The position numbers were made by a program, and so were the translations under genes. Source: Tubiluchus corallicola (taxonomy: Eukaryota > Animalia > Priapulida). Taken from it: a DNA stretch of 38,944 nucleotides. Below the pieces are notes generated by a model. The model worked only from the letters and a program-made list of their open reading frames with translations, made no database searches and was not told the DNA's origin. This document shows, piece by piece, positions 1-12,062 of this stretch (position 1 is the first letter of the stretch; every line of letters starts with the position of its first letter). The stretch covers positions 1 to 38,944 of the forward strand of contig JAQGDQ010001475.1 of the NCBI GenBank assembly GCA_030141605.1. Reading direction: 5' to 3'.

Positions 1-258
1 GAAATCTTCGTCAAGATAATTGCTCATATGACTAATAGTAACATTACTTACAGGGTGGTTGATTTTGGTAACTTTTAGTTTTTCGCCACCCTTTCACCAA
101 TCACTTGAACATCATTAACTCAGATAATTTATTCATTTAATAACCTTTTCACTTTATATCATATTATCATTTCATGCTCTGTGTTTATCTTGTAAAAACG
201 GTGATAAATAAAGATACTTACTTTACTTTGTTTACTGACTTACTTACTTGCTTGCTTG

Positions 259-354
<96 letters not shown>

Positions 355-366
355 TTTACTTACTTA

Positions 367-405
<39 letters not shown>

Positions 406-451
406 TCTTACTTACTTACTTACTTACTTACTTTCTTACTTACTTACTTAC
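1..451 (+). mobile_element. 3' end of a non-LTR retrotransposon (CR1/L2-like 3' UTR) with AATAAA and (TACT)n tail; runs off the window start
   Basis: Hairpin AGGGTGG(52-58)/CCACCCT(86-92), AATAAA at 207-212, then (TACT)n to about 451. Closely similar inverted copy at 1484-1996 and diverged copy at about 11645-11844. Confidence 0.6.
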
Positions 452-507
452 TAAACAAAATTACGTAATGATATTTAAGATGAGATGATTAAGCTGATCA
501 GTTACAG

Positions 508-1007
508 CAGGGGTGTGCAAATTATCTGACTAGACGGTCCACATTAAACTTTCCCACAATTCCTGTGGGCCACAGGCAGTTTGATCAAGGAGCGAAGTAC
601 AGAAAGGCCTAATAACGATTTTTTTGCATCCGACCTGCGTACATCATTAGTACTACACTCAAAAAACTATTTCAGAAGTTATTAAAATTTATATTACAAA
701 CCATATATTTCTACTTTCAGGACAGATAGTGGTAATTTCATTACAATGCATATTACTAATGTGTATCACACAGTCTGTGTAGTACAGTGACATTAAGCTA
801 CAACCGTCTTGTAAGGGTTAATGGCATCCGATCTAGTAGAAAAAACTACCCGCATTATCTTTGGGATTGTGGCACGGACTTCAGCGGGATACACTCAATT
901 AATCGCCCGGGCCGCACTTTCATTAGGTTGACAAATCTCTTCGCGGGCCGCACAAATTCTCTCGGCGGGCCGCAAGTGGCCCGCGGGCCGCAATTTGCAC
1001 ACCCCTG
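508..1007. mobile_element. 500-bp non-autonomous hAT-type MITE, copy 1
   Basis: TIRs CAGGGGTGTGCAAA / TTTGCACACCCCTG; perfect 8-bp TSD AGTTACAG at 500-507 and 1008-1015; subterminal GCGGCCCGC motifs. Confidence 0.92.
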
Positions 1008-1012
1008 AGTTA

Positions 1013-1280
1013 CAGGGATGACAATGACAAATCGCAAAAAACTCTGAAACAGGCCGGGGGTTACTTGCGGCCCCCTTGGAGCCAGCAACAAATTGCAATT
1101 TTGGGACAATAGAGAGCCTCTAAGTGGACTTAAAATATCAATTACCTTGTTTCATGCATAATTTAAAATACCCAACTATCAAGGATACATGATACCTAAT
1201 TTTCTCAAAAACGTCAATGTACTGGCCGCTCCCATGCAAAAGTATATAAAAACTGTCTGCAATTGACACAAATAACTCCG
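1013..1280 (+). mobile_element. Truncated copy of the CAGGGATGAGAAT-TIR MITE (full copy at 10381-10874)
   Basis: About 265 bp collinear with 10381-10651; starts CAGGGATGACAAT; right end missing. Confidence 0.7.
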
Positions 1281-1483
1281 ATATGAAAAGGGTATCGACT
1301 AGGAGATAAAGTAATTGATTGAACGTTTACAAGACACATAACAATAGATCATACCTAGTTATCAGGGCCCCAGGATGTTCCTCAACAAGGAACCTACGGG
1401 AGATAACATAGCGCTAGGTATACCAACCAAACATAATACTGGTTGGCAAAAATTCTTTAAACTTCAGAAAAACACAATTAGAA

Positions 1484-1996
<513 letters not shown>

Positions 1997-2259
1997 AGAA
2001 TAAGGTGTGATAAATGGAGCATGAAGTTTACATATGGAGCATAACCAAGTTGCTTAAGTAAGTAAAGGAATAGTGAGTGTACTAAGATAAAACTATTGAG
2101 AAATTAGAAGTAGAATAGAATATTTCTACCTAATTGAGAATTGGGGAGAAGGCAATGTAATATGTTCGTTAATGAATTATGTAAATGGTACAGATTATGC
2201 AAAACAAGGCATTATTAATAAATCTTTAGAACTGATGTCAACATAGCACAATCTATTAT

Positions 2260-2562
2260 CTTTCTTCCTACCATTTTCACTAACACATCCTTCTACCCTT
2301 CCTGTGTGATCTAACCTTTCTCCCAGTTCTTTTTTTGTTCACTCATCCATTCATTTTATCGGGTTCACATGACAGTGGGCTTATACAAGCCTTTGCTTCT
2401 CTAGCCCACTGCAGTACAATTATTCTTTTATGATAACGATAGCGTATGAAACGTAATAATTTGATACAGTATGACGTAATAATTTTGATGTTACTGTGCA
2501 TTTAATTTCATTATATTGTACTGAATGTGATAATAATAAACTAAAAAACTAACTAAACTAAC
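2260..2562 (+). mobile_element. 3' end of a second CR1/L2-like LINE family
   Basis: Pyrimidine-rich UTR, stem CAGTGGGCT(2373-2381)/AGCCCACTG(2403-2411), AATAAA at 2535-2540, short (CTAA/CTAAA)n tail. Left boundary approximate. Confidence 0.5.
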
Positions 2563-2650
2563 AAAGATAGATAAGAATAAACACTGTGCATTCAAAAATG
2601 CTGCACAGGTGCATTTCTCGACATGTGCAAAGGTTGTAAGACAACAAATA

Positions 2651-3090
2651 CTAACCGTCACACAGATAGACAAGTCCAAGCACACGGCGCACTACATCAG
2701 GCCCTGGTGCGTTGCAAAAGCCATCTACGTACTCCAGCATATACCAAGTGAAATTGCAGAAATTTTTGCCAATGCAATGCTTGAGAAAAGTTTTTAGATT
2801 ATCTGCGTTTAGCACATTAGCCCAGAAATAAACTGTTAGTCCGGTGTAAACCTGTGTCACCGACGGTTTATTATATGGGCATGTTCTGCTGGTGCCTGCA
2901 GGAGTACCGCAAACCGTATCATCTTCATTACGTCCATAATAAACAGCTGGAACTTCTGGATCATGAGATGTGGGCTGAACATAATATGTTGCACCTGAAC
3001 AGTAAAGTGTATGAGACTCATTATCACAAGCTTTTGGGCTAGGATCTGACAGGTCTTCAACATATACATTGATGAACCGAAATATGTCAC
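2651..3090 (-). CDS. Last coding exon of tandem SUEL-type (galactose/rhamnose-binding lectin fold) gene; SUEL domain 2
   Basis: Acceptor TTCGTTCCAG (AG at 3092-3091), phase 1; translation (R)DIFRFINVYVEDLSDPSPKACDNESHTLYC...AVYYGR...VC...TC...HCIGKNFC...FC...LVYLCDG-stop; 8 Cys in SUEL order with YGR and CxGKxxC motifs; TAG at 2653-2651. Confidence 0.8.
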
Positions 3091-3156
3091 CTGGAACGAA
3101 TAAAAATACAATGATAAATATAGTATATAAAATCACTAAAACAATAAAATAAATTA

Positions 3157-4610
3157 CCGTATATACGTGTGTACAAGTCGGCCTTATGTACAAGTCGATG
3201 TGCATTTTAAGACCAAAAATTTGCATCATTTTATATATTACCTGTGTACAAGTCAACCTTATGTACAAGTCGATGTGCATTTTAAGACCAAAAATTGCAT
3301 CATTTTATATATTACCTGTGTACAAGTCGACCTTATGTACAAGTCGGTGTGCATTTTAAGACCAAAAATTGCATCATTTTATATATTACCTGTGTACAAG
3401 TCAACCGTATGTACAAGTCGGTGTGCATTTTAAGACCAAAAATTGCATCATTTTATATATTACCTGTGTACAAGTCGACCTTATGTACAAGTCGGTGTGC
3501 ATTTTAAGTCCAAAAATTGCATCATTTTATATAGTACCTGTGTACAAGTCGACCTTATGTACAAGTCGGTGTGCATTTTAAGACCAAAAAATTGCATCAT
3601 TTTATATATTACCTGTGTACAAGTCGGTGTGCATTTTAAGTCCAAAAATTGCATCATTTTATATAGTACCTGTGTACAAGTCGACCTTATGTACAAGTCG
3701 GTGTGCATTTTAAGACCAAAAATTGCATCATTTTATATATTACCTGTGTACAAGTCGACCTTATGTACAAGTCGGTGTGCATTTTAAGTCCAAAAATTGC
3801 ATCATTTTATATAGTACCTGTGTACAAGTCGACCTTATGTACAAGTCGGTGTGCATTTTAAGACCAAAAAATTGCATCATTTTATATATTACCTGTGTAC
3901 AAGTCGACCTTATGTACAAGTCGGTGTGCATTTTAAGTCCAAAAATTGCATCATTTTATATAGTACCTGTGTACAAGTCGACCTTATGTACAAGTCGGTG
4001 TGCATTTTAAGACCAAAAAATTGCATCATTTTATATAGTACCTGTGTACAAGTCGACCTTATGTACAAGTCGGTGTGCATTTTAAGACCAAAAATTGCAT
4101 CATTTTATATATTACCTGTGTACAAATCCACCATAAAGTATTAAGATCTTCCAGAGTAAATGATGTCAATAGTTGTGTTTTACATACACGTGTATGCAGG
4201 TAATCGATATTTTCTAATAAAACACGCATATGCAAGGCTAGTGTAAAACTTCCCGCGGAAGCCGACAGGCGGCAGCACGGACACAACATTGGCTATTTCT
4301 GATCGAGTGCGCCGTTGCTAGTTTACTTACCAGCAATATATAAATTTTAACTTAAGTGCACATACATTAAAATAAATTACAGTAATATTTGTTAATTTTG
4401 TTAATTAATGTCAAGATTCTCTGATGTGAAATATCACAGGAGTGTTCATTCAGTCCAGCATATGATGAAGGATTATTTCTTTACATATTCGTATTGTAGA
4501 CGACTCTTTAGTGACATCTCCCAAAAACATATCTTAAGCAAAAGTCAACCTCAAAAATTTCACATTAAATACGCCTCCCAAAAATTCGACTTGTACATAA
4601 GTACATACGG
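3157..4610. mobile_element. pogo/Tigger-type (Tc1-mariner) non-autonomous element carrying an internal tandem array
   Basis: TA|CCGTATATAC-GTGTGTACAAGTCG at the left and CGACTTGTACATAA-GTACATACGG|TA at the right; TA TSD at 3155-3156 and 4611-4612. Confidence 0.8.
3168..4124. repeat. 74-bp tandem repeat, about 13 copies
   Basis: Unit TGTGTACAAGTCGACCTTATGTACAAGTCGGTGTGCATTTTAAGACCAAAAATTGCATCATTTTATATATTACC; ORF starts recur 74 bp apart (3295, 3369, 3443). Confidence 0.95.
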
Positions 4611-4914
4611 TATGCATAATCTGAATTTTTTTATATAATCCGATACAATTGCAAGCCGAGAAGCACGGTATGAGAAAGCCGGCTCAACGTGACACTTTGT
4701 GGCACGACTGGAACTAGGGTTCATTACCAAAATATCCTGTAAGACATGACACTGAATCTGCAGAAACAATAAAAAACTAAATTACAATTATTAAATTTCT
4801 GAGAAGAGATTCGCTAAAATAATACGATAAGCGAGGAAAAAGTTTGCAATTGTCTGCAAGATTTAAAAATCTTTTATTAAGTAATACAGACAACATGAGA
4901 TAGAGATTTTATGC

Positions 4915-5320
4915 CAGGGGTGTGCAAACTGCGGCCCGCGGGCCACTTGCGGTCCGCAAAGAGGTTTGTCAACGTAATGAAAGTACGGCCCACACGATCC
5001 AGCTGAAGTCTGCACCACTATCGCAAAGATGCGGGTAGTTTTTTCCTCTAGATCGGCTGCCATTAACCTTTACAAAACCGTTGTCACTTAATGTCACTAT
5101 CGGACATGGCGAAATATTTGGTTTTTAATATAAATTTTAATAATTTCTAAAATAGTTTTTTGAGTGTAGCATGCAGTAGTAATGATGTGACAGATCAGAT
5201 GCAGAAAAATCGTTGTTAGGTCCTACTGTACTTGGCTCCTTGACCAAACTGCATGTGGCCCACAGGAATTGCGGGAATGTTTAATGTGGCCCAGCTAATC
5301 AGATAATTTGCACAACCCTG
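4915..5320. mobile_element. hAT-type MITE copy 2 (inverted relative to copy 1, internally deleted, more diverged)
   Basis: CAGGGGTGTGCAAA...TTTGCACAACCCTG; TSD TTTTATGC/ATTTATGC (7 of 8). Confidence 0.85.
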
Positions 5321-5496
5321 ATTTATGCCTTGAATTCATGGAACTGATATTGATTGGAAGCGTAAAAATTGCACTACAATTGCTGTCTGTCCACTACATG
5401 TAAAGGGCGGTCAAGCAAACAATGTGTTACATCTTCAGTGTGATAACCACAGATGCATCTCTCACAAACAATATTACCAATACATCCATATACGTT

Positions 5497-6012
5497 TGTG
5501 GAAGTTGTAACTGTATATTTTTAGGTGCTGCCATCTATTGACTAATCACTTTACATTTTACTAGCTAAACTCACCCCTAGTACAATTGTTCGGTCCAGTG
5601 AATATGCATACTCACTGGATCTCCCCCTATTTTACTGTAATGGTATTTGTGAAGCCAAGTTTGCATAATTACCTCTACCTATATATACTGGCTGGATTCT
5701 ACTTCTAGCCACTCTCTCTCTCGCTCTCAATGCAGTGCAGAAGTCATGCTAGTCGTGCTACACACCTGTCTAACTCACACTCTCAGTGCTGTGCAGCAGT
5801 CGTGATCCTCATTTTCCTTACTGTCTAACTCTCAGTGATCAGTGCAGGACACTCTTGTCCTCAGTATGCAGTGTAGCAGTCATTCTACATGTATGTATTC
5901 TACGTGTATGTAGTCTAATAAACGCGTTTTCAGTTTTGTGCAGATATGTAGTACATTGTTTTATTCTTTTTCTACAAAGTGTTCAACTACAACCTCATAC
6001 ATGACATTCACA
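5497..6012 (+). mobile_element. Solo LTR, copy 1 (516 bp)
   Basis: TGTGGAAG...TTCACA ends; 5-bp TSD ACGTT (5492-5496, 6013-6017); internal TATATATA box and downstream AATAAA. Confidence 0.85.
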
Positions 6013-6251
6013 ACGTTTAAGTTAATTAGAATCAATGAAAAAATAGGATTTCTTAATTCGTTGTCACCATTCTTGACAGCAAGAATTAATTTATATTATG
6101 TTGGATGAGTTTCAGAGGAAAAGATTCATTTGAAAAAATTTCAAAAACGATTTAAACACGTAAATTCATCAATGAATCCAATCTAGTTTTGCAAATTTAT
6201 GTCAATAACAGCGGTAAGCCCAACTAGACAAATAATCACCTCAATTCTATA

Positions 6252-6828
6252 CAGTGTTTCTTCACTACTTCGCGGTTCGTTTATCGCGGACTCGCTGTTT
6301 TGCGGATTTTCAAAAATATTAACATAAAATATTTATCGCAGTATTTCCGCTGTTTCGCGGGTTTTTGCGGTACTCTGTCTAAAGTACTTTTGCACATGCG
6401 TAGTATGTATTATACAGTAATGTATAGATTTAATGAATTTTGCATACAAAATCACAAAATGTATAAAAATATATTAAAAATATTAATTCTAACATTAAAA
6501 GTATATTATAAATCATAAAAAATTAAAGTAAATAGTGTCATTATTCGGCGGAAGAATACACACCAGAAACGAAATGTAGTACTTGCACCACGCTGTAGGA
6601 CATATCTTCAATGGTGAGTACCCATATCAAATGTTTAAAATTACGTATCTAGGTTTAACAGTTTAAAACATTTTCATGAACATTTATATGTAAGAGTGTG
6701 GGGAGGGTTTATAAAGACTTAAAATGATGTATAACTACTAAAATAAGTATAGCGTCCCTACTTCGCGGAAATTCACTTATCACGGGTGGGCCTGGAACGG
6801 AACACCCGTGATAAGTGAGGAAACACTG
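6252..6828. mobile_element. Tigger/pogo-type MITE
   Basis: TA|CAGTGTTTCTTCACT...AGTGAGGAAACACTG|TA; subterminal TTCGCGG motifs; TA TSD at 6250-6251 and 6829-6830. Confidence 0.85.
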
Positions 6829-6835
6829 TACTTAC

Positions 6836-7177
6836 GTTTGCATTCATAGTGTACAACCGCATAAACATCTGATTCTCCAGAAACTAGAAAACAGCGTCCC
6901 ATTGTCTTATAATTTGCAGTGATAACACATGAAGTTTTACTGTTGCACAATGTCTGGAAATTCTGCAAGTTTTTTTGCGGAATATCTCCCATTAGGCAAC
7001 TAGTGAAGTCCTTCGTTCCATTGTAGCAATTTGAGTCATAATCGTATCTACCAAACTGGACTCTGGTTATAGCATTAATAACGTCAGATGTTTTTCCTTC
7101 TGGACAAGTCAGTGTCACCGTTGCATTATGACACACGGTCACTGGAACTTGAGTCTTTACCTCTGGGTCTAGCCAAA
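6836..7177 (-). CDS. Internal exon encoding SUEL-type lectin domain 1
   Basis: Acceptor TTTTTGCTTTAG, donor C|GTAAGT; 342 nt, phase 1-1; WLDPEVKTQVPVTVCHNATVTLTC...QFGR...NC...SC...LCNSKTSC...GRC...VHYECK with 8 Cys; splices in frame to 3090. Confidence 0.82.
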
Positions 7178-7329
7178 CTAAAGCAAAAATATTAGCGGTA
7201 TGATTTTAACTAAATGTTGTATAACTAACAATCGATAAATTTTAATGTACGTTTTGTTTTTTTAAGAAGAAATAAGGATTGGACGTATAGATTACCTAAT
7301 TAGCTCTGTATTAATGCAAACGTGACACC

Positions 7330-7500
7330 TAGGGATGTTAAACGATGCACATTTGGTGATACGATATCGATACTCTGTCTTCACACCATACGCTACAACA
7401 AAGTATTTCAAACGATCTGTTTTTCAGACCATACGATACAACAAAGTATTTCACCCAATCTGTTTTTCAGACCATACGATACAAAAAAGCATTTCAAACG
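7330..7500 (+). mobile_element. Possible left end of a hAT-like element (TAGGGATG start, CGATAC subterminal motifs), truncated
   Basis: TAGGGATGTTAAACGATG followed by repeated GATACGATA/CATACGATAC; no matching right TIR found. Confidence 0.3.
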
Positions 7501-8255
7501 ATGAAAAAAACAATAATGACATCATAGCCACGCAGACGTTTTGAAAATCAAAATTTATTCTAAAATTAAAATGTAATAATAAAGAAATGCAACCACGCCT
7601 TCGGCCATTTTAGTCCTTTCTCACCTACTGCCACCTACCGGCAACTTTAACAATTTCTAACACATGTTTCAGTTATATATTTAAACTTTCTTCTTTGTGG
7701 GCGTATGTCCCTAAGTCATTTCCTTATTTTTGCCGAGCTTGTACTAGGCTCAAACTATCGTGAAACATCAGGTCCTAGAGAGTAATTACCTAGTTGTTTG
7801 CAATCACTTCCAATCAATACCCATGCATAGTAGCAGGTACAAAGAACAGTTGAAACATTCAAAAAAGGGAAAGTAAAGAAGGGAGAAAAGGGGCAGTGCA
7901 AAGCGAGTTGTCCTGCCTCTGAGTTTTGGTATAAAGTGAACTATGACATTGTTAGTGCTGCCACCTGGTTTGGACTAGCGAAAAATTATTCTCTGTTGCC
8001 AAACAAAATTATTCTCACCAAAACACCAAAGGCTGCAAAGAATTGTGGTGAATGATCGACTCAAATTGTGCTTTTGTCACTAGCTGTTTATGTACAATCA
8101 GCATTAAATACACAAACATGGCTGCTTGGCTAGTTCTTCATATTTTTCTGATAAAAAGCGGGGTTTCATTGCTTCTGCGAAGGGTTTCACGTAGTGCAAT
8201 ATCTGAATGCATTGATAAGTTTTGAAAACAAATAAATACCATATGTATCACGTTG

Positions 8256-8607
8256 TGTGGAAGTTGTAATTGTACATTTTTAGGTGCTGCCATCTATGAA
8301 CTAATCCTTTTACATTTTACTAGCTAAACTCACCCCCAGTATAATTGTACGGTCCAGTGAATGCATATTCACTGGATCTCTCCCTATTTTACAGTAATGT
8401 GAAGCCAAGTCTGCATAGGTTACCTATACCGATATATACTGAGTGGATTTACTTTCTAGTCACTCTCATTCTCAGTGTTCAGTGCAGCAGTCATTCTACT
8501 TATGTGTATGTAGTTTAATAAACACTTGTCTGTGCAAATATGCAGTATAGTGTTTTATTCTTGTTCTACAAAGTGAGTGATCTACAACATTAAACATGAC
8601 TTTCACA
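8256..8607 (+). mobile_element. Solo LTR, copy 2 (352 bp, internally shorter)
   Basis: TGTGGAAG...TTTCACA; TSD CGTTG (8251-8255, 8608-8612); collinear with 5497-6012. Confidence 0.85.
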
Positions 8608-8681
8608 CGTTGTGTCGCAGTCAGACTCCCGTCAAGTCACATAGAACTCGGTTTCTTAAATGATAGTGTCTTAAGTGACTG

Positions 8682-9111
8682 TGTGAAAGTTGTAACTGTA
8701 TATTTTAGGTGCTGCCATCTATTGATTAGTCACTTTAACATTTACTAGTTCAACTCACCCTTAGTACAATTGTTCGGTCCAGTGAATATTCAAACTCACT
8801 GGATCTCCCCTATTTTCACTGTAATGGGATATGTGAAGCCAGGTTTTTGCATACTTCTCTACCTATATAAACTGGCTAGATTCAACTTCTAGTCACTCTC
8901 TGTCTCAGGCAGTGCAGTCGTGCAACTCATGGGACACACTGTCTCTCTGTCACACACTCAGTGCTGTGCAGCAGTTGTGATCTTCATTTTACTTGTACAT
9001 TTTACTGCGTATTTAGTACAATAAAAGTGTTTTAGTTTTGTGCAAACATGTAATCTGGTGTTTAGTTGTTTCTACAAGTGTTCAATTTCGACTTCACAAA
9101 TAACTTTCACA
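8682..9111 (+). mobile_element. Solo LTR, copy 3 (430 bp)
   Basis: TGTGAAAG...TTTCACA; TSD GACTG (8677-8681, 9112-9116); TATATAAA and AATAAA present. Confidence 0.85.
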
Positions 9112-9211
9112 GACTGTGCCGACAAAGTATGACAACTATTCACATCAAAATACCACAAAAAAGTGTAGACACACATTGAAAAAAATTGTAAAACTTTTAA
9201 AAAACACATAC

Positions 9212-9322
9212 TTGGACTCTTTCCCGTTTCCTCATACCGGAATGGTCTAAGAACAGCCATCTGAGTTGAATGTAGCAGAAACAATACAAACCCAGTAAAT
9301 GTTATTATGGCTCCCGCAAGCC
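9212..9322 (-). CDS. Probable upstream exon of the SUEL gene encoding a hydrophobic (transmembrane or signal-anchor) segment
   Basis: Acceptor GAATTACAG, donor A|GTATGT; 111 nt, phase 1-1; xLAGAIITFTGFVLFLLHSTQMAVLRPFRYEETGKSP; lies in unique sequence between two TEs and joins in frame to 7177. Confidence 0.5.
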
Positions 9323-9383
9323 CTGTAATTCAAGACATATTACATTTATACTGTTCTCTATTTACACTATATACATCCATAAA

Positions 9384-9916
9384 TAGGGTTACCATACGTC
9401 CGGGTTTCCCCGGAACACATCCTCTTTTTACGGCTCTGTCCTGGCGGGTTTTCAAAAAATAGGCACTTTGTCCGTGTTTTGCCTCAATCCGTAAGTATGT
9501 ATGGACGTTACCAACTGCAGAAGCTGTACGACAGTATGAGACAAAGAAAAGCTCGTTAATTTTCAATACAAGATGTTGCTAACATCTCAAAATGCAACCC
9601 TTGTAAAAGCTTTGTGTGCATATTTACTGAACAAAAGTAAGCGATGTGCACATCACTATGGGTCACGCGACTCACACCGCTGTCTTTACTCGGCGTATTC
9701 GCTAACGGCTTAAAATGACGTCAGCTTCCGGGAGCCATTTTGTTTGCTTTTATGTGAATTTCTTTAAAGTTGTAGTTTCGCTGTTTTGCAGTTTTGAGCA
9801 ACTGGTAAAAGTTAATTAGAAAGTAGCAATGCCGAAACGACAGTGTGCGTTTGCAGGTGAAATGAAGGCCAAGTACCCGTGTCCTCTTTTTCAACTCAGA
9901 CAATATGGTAACCCTA
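9384..9916. mobile_element. 533-bp hAT MITE (TAGGGTTACCA termini, Tip100/Zaphod-like)
   Basis: TAGGGTTACCATA...TATGGTAACCCTA; perfect 8-bp TSD TCCATAAA (9376-9383, 9917-9924). Confidence 0.92.
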
Positions 9917-10380
9917 TCCATAAATATGCATCCATAATATTTAAAGGTTTTGCTATTTAAAAAACTATGACTACAGCTATTGTATCATTGCCTGAAAATG
10001 TTCCATGTTATAATATTCAGCATTTTTTCAACTGGCAATTTCAATACAAGAAATGAAATAATTTAATTTGAATTTTTTTATCACTCTATTTCCATTTACA
10101 TAGTTTGTAAAAATTGATATTATATATGTATATAATCCTTATTTAATTTATACAATTCATTAAACAAATGTACATTTTTTAATAGTTAGCAAATTTAGTA
10201 AATAAATTCATATTAATGGTAATTTATGACGAGGTTAGCAGAAAAAATTGCTAATAATGTTTACATTTATACATCATATTTGCACACTAGGGTTATGTAC
10301 AAGATTAAATCAGTATCGACTTTACACTGTTGCAAGATAATCTATTAATATAGCTTACTGGCTATCGTCAAGCCCAGCGT

Positions 10381-10874
10381 CAGAGATGAGAATGACAAAT
10401 TGCAAAAAACTCTGAAACAGGCCGGGGGTTTTTGGGGCAAAGCCCCATTGAAGCCAGCAAAAAATTGCAATTTTGTGACCGTAGAAAGCCTCTAAGTGGA
10501 CTTAAAATATCAGTTACCTTGTTTCATGCATAATTTAAAATACCCAACTATCAAGGATACATGATACCTAATTGTCCCAAAAACGCCTAAGTACTGGCCG
10601 CTCCTATACAAAAGTATATAACAACTATCTACAATTGACTCAAATAACTCTGCACAATTGATTCTATATTTTTATACATAGAGATATACACGTGGTTACA
10701 CTGATGTACGTGATGTAAACAAAGTGATGGCCTGCCAACTAGCGGTCAGCTTGTGCAATAATGTACTGGGTCTGTAAAAATTTTCTCAACGAATTTACAC
10801 GATTTACAAAAATGGCACTACTGGTCTTCCAAAAACTCGGAATTCAGCGTATCCGCGGAAAATTCTCATCCCTG
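10381..10874. mobile_element. 494-bp MITE with CAG(A/G)GATGAGAAT TIRs
   Basis: CAGAGATGAGAAT...ATTCTCATCCCTG; flanks CAGCGT/CAACGT (imperfect, TSD length unclear); partial second copy at 1013-1280. Confidence 0.7.
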
Positions 10875-11644
10875 CAACGTCAAGACAATCTCTAACAACG
10901 ATTTCTTAATAATATTTCCATTAATAATGCTTTCTCAGTTTGCACTATTAACATATCGTTTCACATATAATCGTTTACTTTTAAATTACGTGACAGTAAA
11001 GCAGCACTGTTTGATACTGAACCCTAGTGAACTACATAAATATTTTAAGTTAATCCCAGTTGCGTTTCGGACATCATTGCTAACGATTTTACAAAGATCC
11101 GGCACCGATACATTTGACGACACAACACGTTACCACATAAATTTTACAACTTGAACAGAAATGTGCCACAACGGAAAGCTTAAATTGGTAATTACTGGCA
11201 ATAAATTACTATGTATGTGCTGCGGTAAAAATGCCAATATTCCAAGCGGTATTTGATCAATCTAGACACTTTGCATCTAATCGATAAGACTGGTAGGCAT
11301 AATAAGCAGAAAATAAGTTTCCATGATAAGAAAGAAAATAAGACACTTTTCTTTCAACTTTATTTTTTCATGACTAAACATACATGTTTATCCACTTGTG
11401 CTAGCTACAAGCGGAAAATTAATTTTTTTCTCTTCCTTTGGCTCTAGGTCCTCATAACATTAATTTTAAATACGTAATGGTTAAATTAATATTTAAAGAC
11501 AGTCACGTGTGTCTCTTTTCCCATTACTGAACATTATTTTATTATAAACTAACACATTCGTATAATAATTCAATTTTCATTCGTCTTAAATGCAAAATCT
11601 GATAATTTTTAATTACCTGATACATGCGCATTAACTAATTAATT

Positions 11645-11844
11645 ATATTAGTAACAATTCTCAGACGGTGGCTGACCTCAATAACTTATAGTCCTTTCAC
11701 CACCCTTTCACCACTAATCAATAATTACTTTTGCACTTTGTAATATTATTGTATGTTGGACAGATTTATAAATCTCTTAGTTATGTATTTTGCTATTTTA
11801 AAAATGGTGATAAACTAATAAACTTACTTACTTACTTACTTACT
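11645..11844 (+). mobile_element. Diverged relative of the LINE-like 3' end at 1-451
   Basis: GGTGG...CCACCCTTTCACCA, later TGGTGATAAA, AATAAA and (CTTA)n tail. Confidence 0.55.
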
Positions 11845-12062
11845 CTATTATTTTACATTTGTGAAGTTGAAACTCTTAATAATTTTGTTAAACTGAGTTA
11901 TTAGTTCATCTTGTGTTTAAGGCATCCTTGTCATCTGTTAAGTCCTGTGTAATAATATTACCTAAGTGGATGACTGGTCCACCCAAGTTAAAAGAACATA
12001 CTGTAGACAAATATAGGGCACAGCTGTTGGAAATCTCTTATTCTTTCTGAATTTAATACATG

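Noticed and set aside
3167-4144. Series of Cys/His-rich short ORFs
   Set aside because: Products of the 74-bp tandem repeat; the unit is not a multiple of 3 and stops recur.
4728-4757. Possible 30-nt phase 1-1 micro-exon (SVSCLTGYF) with TTTCTGCAG acceptor and G|GTAATG donor between the two SUEL exons
   Set aside because: Not needed for frame, would add an unpaired Cys, and such sites arise by chance; needs RNA evidence.
5497-9111. Intact LTR retrotransposon or TRIM between LTR copies
   Set aside because: Each LTR has its own TSD, and the intervening DNA holds a host exon and other TEs, not gag-pol.
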